Assembly: GCA_038208765.1 (NCBI GenBank) | Contig: JBBQYK010000003.1 | Location: forward strand, 1 to 41,358 | Direction: 5' to 3' | Source of the DNA: Verrucomicrobiota bacterium | GTDB taxonomy: Bacteria > Verrucomicrobiota > Verrucomicrobiia > Limisphaerales > SIBH01 | DNA length: 41,358 bases | In this document: one piece after another, positions 11,501 through 20,500 of the stretch | Position numbering within the stretch: position 1 is the stretch's first letter | Layout: each line of letters begins with the position of its first letter | Translations under genes and position numbers: made by a program | Notes under the pieces: generated by a model | The model's database searches: none | The model's input: the letters and a program-made list of their open reading frames with translations, nothing else | What the model was told of the DNA's origin: nothing

Positions 11501-14500
11501 ATCCAAGCGCGGCGTGCCAATGGCCGCGCCGGTGAACGTGACGTGCGTGCCAGCCTCGACATTCTGGCCCACCGGATGCGTGACGATGGAAGGGTGCAGC
11601 GGCGTGAAGGCAAATTCATCCACCCAGCCGCGATCCTGTCCGGCCTTGCCGGCGGCGTTCTTCTGGTAAGTGAACTTTACGACCTGGTTGCCCTCGCCAA
11701 TGAAGATGGCGCGTTGCTGCCAGTCCGTCTCGCCGGAGATGCGCGCCTGCTCGGCGTTGTTGACGTAGAGAATCAGCGCGTCCCCGTCCAGTTCGCTCGA
11801 CGACTTCCACCAGAAGGTGATCGTGCCCGGCCCGGTGATCGTGGTCTGAAGGGAGCCCGACTGGTTGTCGTTCAGCGTCGGGCTGCGCGCCGCGTCCACG
11901 CCGTCGTGCTTCGTGATGGGCTGGCCGATCCACGCGGGCGTGCCGGTGCTCCAAGTGTAGTTCGTCGTGTCGAGCGACTGCGCCAGCGGCAACACGGGCG
12001 TGAAGGCCAGCACGGTGTTGGAACTCGTGGCCGTGCCGCCGAGATTCGTGACCAGCAACGAGTAAGTCCCCGCGCGATTCGAGGACATGCCGGTGATGCG
12101 GAGGATCATGTTCGTGGCGCCGCTGATGTTCGGGCCATCGACCAGCGGCAAGCCGTTGAAGCGCCAGCGGTAATTGAGTCCAATGCCGCCGGTCACGAGG
12201 GGTGTGAAGGTGACGGTCGAACCGGCCTCAGCGTCCTGCGAAACGGGCTGCACGACGAAACTCGGCGGCGCGGGCGTGAAGTTCACGTCATCCACCCACA
12301 CGCGGTCCGAGCCGTTCGTGAGCGCGAAGTCCTTCGCGTATTCCCACTGCACGACGGTCGGGCCGGGCGGGATGGCGATGATGCGCTCCTGCCAGCTCAC
12401 GTTGCCGGAAACTTGTACCTGCATCACGCCGTTCATCAGGAAACGCAGGAAGTCCGCGTTCGGCTGCGTCGAAGCCCGCCACCAGTAACGCAGCGTGCCG
12501 GGGCCAACGACCGTCGTCCGCATCCAGGTCGAGTAGCCGTCATCCACGTAGCCGTTGCGCACGGACTGGTTGTCGTTGTGGCTGTCGTCCGTCGTGCCGA
12601 CGAACCAGGAGAAGCCGCCCGTCTCCCAGACGAGGTGGTTCGCGTTCACGGCCGGGCCGATGGGCGCGGCGGCGTTGACGCGCAGATACATGTTGTCGCT
12701 GATGTCGATCCCGGACTCGTTGCCGACCTGGCAGGAGTAGAAGCCCGTCTGGTTCGGCTGCGCATTCGAGAGAATCAGTTTCGAACCCGTGGTCGCGCCA
12801 ATGACGTTGACGCTCGGGAGAAGATTCGTCGTGCCGCGCCGCCATTGATACTGAAACGGCTGGGTGCCAGACGCCGCGACCTTAAAGCGCACGGTCGTGC
12901 CCTGATCCACGATGTTCGTGTCCGGCGCGCTGTTCGTGATGAACGGCGCGATGTGGAGAAACTCAATCTTGTCCACCCAGGCGCGATCCAGGCCCGCGCT
13001 GCCGCTGGCATTCTTGTTGTATTCCCAGCGCAACACCGCGCTGAGATTCGTGAGCGCGAACGAGCGGCGCTGCCAGCCGACTTCGCCGGAAATGTTCGAC
13101 GCCTCCACGCCATCGATCAGGAAGCGCAGCCGGTCCGCATTGGTCTGCGAGGAAACTTTCCACCAGAACGCGATGGCCAGCGGACCGCCGTCGATGGTCG
13201 TCTGAATCCAGTTCGACCGGCCGTGGTTCAGCGCGGAGCTTTGCGCGGCGTCGAGCTGGTCAAGGCTCGTCACGGTCTGGCCGACCCACGGCGAGAAGCC
13301 GCCGGTGCGCCAGAAGAGATTCGTGTGGTCGGTGTCGAGCGCAACGTTCAGCGGCACGGTCGTGGCCACGTTGACCAGCACCGGCTCGCTGTTGGCCACG
13401 CTGTAGCTGTTCCGCACCACCACGTCGTAGAGGCCGCTCTGCGGCACCGTCACGTTGAACAGCCGGAGCGTGGAGGAATTCGCGCCGAGAATGTTGCCGC
13501 CGTCAGAAATGTTCTGGCCCTCGAAGCGCCACTGGTAAATGAGCGGGGCGGTGCCGAGCGCTTCAACGTTCAGCGACACGGTCGCGCCTGGGGCCACGTC
13601 CTGCCCGACCGGATGCGTGAGAATCACCGGCACCGACGGCGCGTTGTTCGGGATGAAATCCAACTCGTCGAGCCACGCGCGATCCAGTCCGGCGAGGACG
13701 TTGGAATTTTTCGCGTAGGTCCAGCGCAGCGGAATCGCGCCGGCCGGCAGGTTGAAGGAAAGTTTCTGCCAGTCCTCGTCGCCGGAGATTTGCGCCCACT
13801 CGGCGTTGCCCACGAAGAACTTCAACGTGTCGGCATTGGTCTGCGACGAGACTTTCCACCAGAAACGGATCGTGCCGGGACCGGTCACCGTCGTCTCCAT
13901 CGAAGTCTCATTGGTGTGGCCGATGAAGCCGCTTTGCGCCGCCGCCTCACCGTCATGCGAGATGTTGGTCTGGACGAACCACGCGCCGTTCGGCGAGGTG
14001 AGCCACTGGAGATACGGCGCGTTGACCGACTCGGCGAGCGTGAGCGGCGGAATGATTTCGACGAAGGCATTCGAACTGACGGCCACGCCCGCGACGTTGC
14101 TCACGACGACGGAGTAGAAACCGGACTGCTCCGGCTGCGCGTTGCTGAACGAAAGCGCGGTCGTGTTCGCGCCGACCAGGCCGGAACCGTTCACCACGTT
14201 CGAGCCATCGCGCTGCCATTGATAACTGAGCGGGAACGTGCCGGTCACGCCCACGGTCAACACCACGGTCACGCCTTGCGGCACGCTCTGCGCCGTGGGT
14301 TGAACCACGATGCTGGGCGGCGAGAGCACGCTGAACGTCGCGTTGGAACTCACGGCGCTGCCCACCGCGTTCACGATCACCACAGAGTAAACACCGGCGG
14401 CAGCGGGCTGGAGATTGGCACGGACCAGAGTGGGGCTGGTCGCGCCGGATATTCCGCCGCCGTCGGTGAGATTGATTCCATTGAAGCGCCACTGGTAGGT

Positions 14501-17500
14501 GAGCGGCGCGCTGCCGCTGGCGTTCACGCTGAACGTGGCGCTGCCGCCCGCGAGGCCCGTCTGGCTGGCGGGATGGCTGCCGATGGACGGCGGCGCACTG
14601 ATGACGAGCGTCGCCAGGACGCTCGTGACGCTGCCGAAAGCATTGCTCACGAGCACCGAGTACTCACCGGCCTGCGCGGCGGTGACGGCGGTGAGCCGCA
14701 AGTTCGTGGCGGTGACGCCGCTGATGTTGCCGGCGTTGAGAAGATTGGTTCCGTCGCGCCGCCATTGGTAACTGAGCGACGGCGTGCCGAGCGCGCTGAC
14801 GAAGAAATTCACGGTGGAACCTTGCGCCGCGTTCTGGCTCAACGGCTCGGTGATGATGATGGGCGAAGTAATCACGGTGAGCGTCGCGACTGTGCTCGTC
14901 GCGCTGCCAGCGGGGTTCGTGACCACGGCGAAATAATCTCCGGCACGCGCGTCGCTGGTGCTGGCGAGCGTAAGGTTCGTGGTCGTCGCGCCGCTGACGC
15001 CGTTGCCGTTGGTGAGCGGTTCGCCGTTGAAGAACCATTGCCAGCCCAGCGGCGTGGAACCGGCGGCGGACGCGGTGAAGACGGTGCCCGCCGTCGCGAC
15101 CGCGGTGCGGTTCGTCGGCTGAATCGCGATCATCGGCGCGGTGGGCGTGGCGTTCGGCACGAAGACGAATTGATCCACCCAGCCACGATCCTGGCCCGCC
15201 GCGAAGCTGCTGCTCTTCACGTAACGCCACTCCAGGATTTGATTTCCGGAGCCGACGGTGAAGGAGCGCCAAGTCCAATCAATCTCACCCGAGATGAACT
15301 CCTGCTGCGAACCGTTGAGGTAGAGACGCAGTCGATCGTTCGCCTCGCTGGAAACTTTCCACCAGAAACTCACCACCCCGGGACCAACGACCGTGGTGCG
15401 GAAGGAAGTCGTCTGGCCGTCGCCGATGCGGCCGCTGCGCGCGGCGTCCGAGCCGTCGCGCGAGACGGCGGTCTGGCCGATCCACGGCGGCGTGCCGCTG
15501 ACGGTCCATGCGAAGCCGGGCGCGTCGAGCGCGTCAGCGAGCGGGACGAGGGTGTTGATCTGGAGCAGCGCGCTGGCACTCGCGACACTGCCCGCGAGGT
15601 TGTTCACGAGCACGGAGTAGTCGCCGCCTTGCGCGAGCGAGACATTGGAAAGCGTGAGCGTGGCCCCAGTCACGCCAAGCACCGTCGCGCTCTCGATCAA
15701 ATTCGTGCCGTTCAACTGCCATTGATAACTGAACGGCGGTGCGCCGCCCGCCGTCACGGAGAAGAACGCCGTGGCGCCTTCATCCACAATTTGCGCGAGC
15801 GGTTGCGCGGTGATGCTCACCGGCAGCGGCGCGAACTCCACGCGATCCACCCACGCGCGATCCGCACCCGCCGAAACGCTGGTGCTCTTGGTGTAGCTCC
15901 AGCGCAAGGTCTGCGCGCCGTTGGGGAGGGCGACGGTGCGCTGGTTCCACTCGACCTCGCCGGAGATGCGGACGCGCTCGGCACCGTTCACGAAGAAGGC
16001 CACGCGGTCGTTGTTCGTCTCGCAGGAAACTTTCCACCAGAAGCTGATCGTGCCGGGTCCCTGCACCGTGGTTTCAAAACTCGTGGTCTGGCCGTGCGTG
16101 ATGTTGCCGCTGCGCGCGGCATCGAAGCCGTCGAGCGTGATCACGGGCTGGCCGATCCACGCGGGTGCGGCGCTGATCCAAGTGAGTTGCGGCGCGTCGA
16201 GCGCCTCGCCGAGCGGCACGGCAGGCGTGACGGTGAGCGTGGCGCTGGCGCTGAGGAGATTGCCGCCGGGATTCGCGACGACCACGGAGTAGTCGCCGGC
16301 CTGCGCCGGTTGGACATTCGACAGGCTCAACGTGGCACTGCGCGCGCCGCGAAGGTCCCCGTCGTTGTTGAGCGCGAGTCCGTTGAACAGCCATTGATAA
16401 CTGATCGGCCCCTGGCCCGACGCGGCGACGGTGAACGTGACCACGGTGCCTTCGTCCGCCTGCCGGCTCGCGGGCTGGCTGGTGATGGCCGGGGGCAGGG
16501 GCGTGAAGATAATTTCATCGATCCACGCGCGGTCGGACCCGCCCACCACGCTGCTGTTCTTCGAGTAGCGCCAGCGCAGGTCATGTTCGCCCGCCGTCAG
16601 ATTGAACGTGCGGAACTCCCAGTCCACTTCGCCGGAGATGCGGAGTTGCTCGGTGTCATCAAGGTAGAAGCGCAGGCGGTCGCTCTCGGGCTGGCTGGAA
16701 ACTTTCCACCAGAAGCTCAGCGTGCCGGGACCGGTCACGGTCGTTTCGAGCAGCGCCTCGCCGCTGTGCGGAGTCACGCCGGTGACCGCCGCGTCCACGC
16801 CGTCGTGCGTCACGCTCGTCTGGCAGGTCCAGCCGGAGCCGCTGGAGATGAAGCTCACGTTGGTGTTGTCGAGTGACTCGGCGAGCGAACAGAGGCCGAG
16901 GATGTTCACGAGTCCGTCGTGGAAGCTCGCGGGCAGTGCCGCGCCCAACGTGTCGTTGAGCCGGCGCGCGACCGGCGTGTCGCACATCGCGAGCGTAGTG
17001 ACGGGACGGCCGAAGACGTTGAGCGCGCGGAAGCAGGCGCGCAGTTGCGGAGCGAAGCCGGGTGTCATGCTCTGGCCGGCCGGCAGGCGGATCGTGAAGC
17101 CGATGCGGCCTTGAGACGCCTGTTGATTGCTGATGGAGAGCGTGGCGTTCGCGACGGCGTTGGATTGCAGGCTGGCCGAAGTGAACGCGAGCAGGTTGGT
17201 GTCGTAGCACACCGTGAAGGCGACCGAGTTTTCGCCGCCCTTCGCATCAATGGTGATGGCGAGACAGCTCGTCTGGCCGCTGCTGACCCCGAACGGCGGC
17301 ACGATGATGTCGCGCACCGCGCTCGCCTGCGACACCGAGTAATCCTGACCGCCGACCGTGAACGTCGTGGTCCGCGCGGCGCCGTCGTTCGGACTCACGA
17401 CGTAGGTCACGGTGCCGGTGGCTTCACCGCTGCCGCCGCTGATGAGGCTGATCCACGGCGGCAAATCCGCAACCGACCAGAAGCAGCTTGGCTCGGCGCG

Positions 17501-20500
17501 CAGGGTCACGCTGCCGGTGCCGCCCGTGTAGGGGAACGCCGCTTCGTCGAGGACGAGCGTGTAGAGACACGGCTTGCCGGCTTGTTCGACAGTGAAAACC
17601 AAGCCCGCCACGTTGAAGACCGCCGTGCGCGGATGGCTGGTGGGATTGGCCGCGAGGTCATACTTCAACTCCTGGCTGCCGAAGCCAACCACCGGCGGCA
17701 GGATCGTGATCCACGAATTCGTGTTGCTCACCGACCACGCGCAGACCGCGCCCGCCGAGACCGTCACCGTGCCGGTCTGCGCGATGAAGGTGTGAACACG
17801 ACCCGACGGCGTGATGGCGTACGAACATGAGGCTTGCGAAATGGCCAGCACCTGGCTGCCCACCGTGAGATGGCCCGCGCGCGGAAGGAACGTGGGATTT
17901 TCGCCCACGAGATACGTGAAGCTGCCGCTGTTCGTGCCGCGATCCAAAGTGGTGAGGAAAATCCAGTCGTTCGTGTTGACGACCTGCCACGCGCAGCCGC
18001 CGGCGGTGGTGACATTGACGGTGCCAAATTCTGACGACTCGCTGTGCGTGCGCGCGGTCGCGCTCAACGTGACGTCGCAGTTCGTGCCCCACTGGGTGAC
18101 CGTGTACACTTCGCCCAGCACCGTGAGATGACCAACGCGTTTGCCGGTCACGCGATTATCCGCGAGGGCATAAAACACGTTGCCCGTGGCCACGCCGCTC
18201 GCACCCGCCGTGATCGTGATCCACGAGTTGGTGTTGATGACCTGCCACGCGCAATCGGCCTTGGCCGTGACTTTGAAGCTGTTACTGCCCGTGCCGAAGC
18301 CGTGGAAACGGCTCGTGGGCGAGAGCGAGTAATTGCAATCAAGCGGATGCTGGCGCACGAGGAACACGTTGTCGCCGATGCTCAGGTAGCCATTGCGCCC
18401 GGCAAAATCAGGATTCGGCAGCACCAGGTAATTCACCCCGCCGGGGCCGGAGCCGGACGCGCCGGACGTGATGACCACCCAGTCGTTCGTGTTCACCACC
18501 GTCCATTCGCACTTCGGCCCCACCGTCACTTCAACCGTGCCGGCGCTGCCCGCGAAGCCGTGGAAGCGCGTGAGCGGCGAGAGCGCGGTGAGGCAGATGG
18601 TGACGTTCACCGCGATGGGCGCGGAGACGGCGCTCGCGCCCGCCGGATCGGTGACGCGCGCCCGCACGATGCGGCTGCCGAGCGTGTAGTAGTTGTTCGT
18701 CATGACGAGTTCGGTGGTCGGCACGGTGTCGTAATGGCCATCGCCATCGAGGTCCCATTCGATTTCCAAAAGATTCTGGCTGAACTCCGGATCAAACGTC
18801 GCTGCACCGTTGAACACGATGTCCTGCCCGAGTCCCGCCACGATCGGCAGCGCGGAAATGAACGGCTGCGGCGAGCGGTTGAACGTGGGGAGCGGGTAGA
18901 TCGTCGTCTCCGCCGTGTGGCGCAATCCCTGGCGGTCGAAGACGGTCAGGCGGTAGCGGTTCGTGCGCTCGGCGTTGAAGTAGGGAATCGAGAAACTCGT
19001 TTGCACGCCCGTCCCAGTGAGCGGGAATTCATCGGCCATCACAAAGCCCTCGTCCGTTTCCCACGTCAGCAGCGCGGCGTGCAGCGCGAGGTTGTCCGTG
19101 GCGAGGAAATCAATTTGCAGCAGGCCGTTGAACGGCGCGCGCTCGCCGCTGGTTTGTATTTCAACCTGCGGCGCGACGGTGTCCGTGACGGGCCGGCCCA
19201 TGTTGAAGAAAGGATTCACGTCCAGCGCCAGCGCCGAGGCGTAGGAGAGGCCGCAGGAATTGTAGGGATAAATTTTCGGATAGAACATCCCGCGCAGCCC
19301 GCGGAAGCCGAAGCCCATCACGTTGCCGTTGAAATTTTCGTCGTTGCGGAAATCCAGATTGAGTCCAAAGGCCTCGCCAAAACTCCGCAGTCCGAGACCG
19401 AGCGCGGACGAACTGATGCCGCTGAACGTCTCACCCTCGAACCACGGGAACGACACGTCCTGCACGAGCGGGAAGGGGCCGAGATCGGGCAGGGTGAGAC
19501 CATCGTAATAGGCGGCGTTGGTGTGAAAGCTCGCAGGATACAACGCGAGCCGGTCGCTGCCGCTCAAGGCCCAGCCGCCAGCCGTGCCCGCCGTCGTCTC
19601 ATAATGACCGAACCCGAAGCCGCCGCTGATCGCGCCGTCCGGCTGTTCGACGTGCGTCTCGGGAATGAGCCACCACATCTGGCCCGCCGCGCCGACCGGC
19701 AGGCCCGCCGCGCGCACCGCGTCCACCACGCGCCCGCCGTAAATGTCCGCGCGCAGGAAGCTGTCCGTGGCCGGCAGTTGCAGCACATGGATGAACGGCG
19801 TCACCCCGTCCGGCTCGGTCTCGAAGATGAAGGTCTTCCGCCCGAAGCCGTTCACTTCCATCTGGTCGGCGAACCATTGCTGGTAGCGCACGAGCAGTTG
19901 CTGCAACGACGCGACGGCGCGCGCCTGCCCGGTGCGGTTCTGCGGCACGAGGTACGCGACGCGGACCAGCGCGTTGCTGGAGAGCGCGCCGACATCAATG
20001 AGAACCTGATTGGTCAACGTGGCGTACGTCGCGCCATCGGTGGGCGTGAAGATCACGGAGAGCGGCTGCGCGTTGCCCACGGGCAGCACGGTGCCGGCGG
20101 GCGGCGTGTAAGCGAAAGCACCGGGGACATTCGCCGTGGCGTTCAACTGCAACGCGCCGAGCGGACTGCCCGAAAGAACCGGCGCCGGCGCGGGCCAGGT
20201 GAGGAACGGCACGGTTTTCCCGCCAAGCTGGACGTTCAGAAAATTGGTGCGCGTGACGGACTGATAATTTGCCGCGTCGTCCGGCGTGAACGTGACGACG
20301 AGTGGCCGCGCGGGATGCGCGGAGAACACCGTGTTGGCCGGCGGAACGTAGTTGAACGTGCCGGGGACGTTCGCCGTGGCGTTCAATTGAAGATCACTGA
20401 GAAGCGTGCCCTGCTCGATGGGCGCGGGTGCGGGCCACGTCACGACCGGCGCGGCCCGGGTCACGCCGATGAACACGGTGCGGCTGGCCGGAAGAAAGTT

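Noticed and set aside
9770-16720. Recurring GAAACTTTCCACCAGAA-like sequence as a possible CRISPR or DNA repeat array
   Set aside because: The copies are hundreds of bp apart, in frame, and encode the FWWKVS motif of the protein repeat. There is no spacer structure and no cas gene.
8648-16876. 2742-aa ORF on the + strand, plus other long antisense ORFs (e.g. 18044-20809, 22476-24284, 28592-30796)
   Set aside because: They are shadows of real genes on the opposite strand. High-GC codon bias removes antisense stops, and the products are Arg/Ala/Gly-rich with no recognisable motifs.
18730-18770. EWDLDGDGHYD as a dockerin partner for the cohesin-like domains
   Set aside because: It is a single DxDGDG loop inside a PKD-like domain, with no duplicated dockerin Ca-binding repeat.
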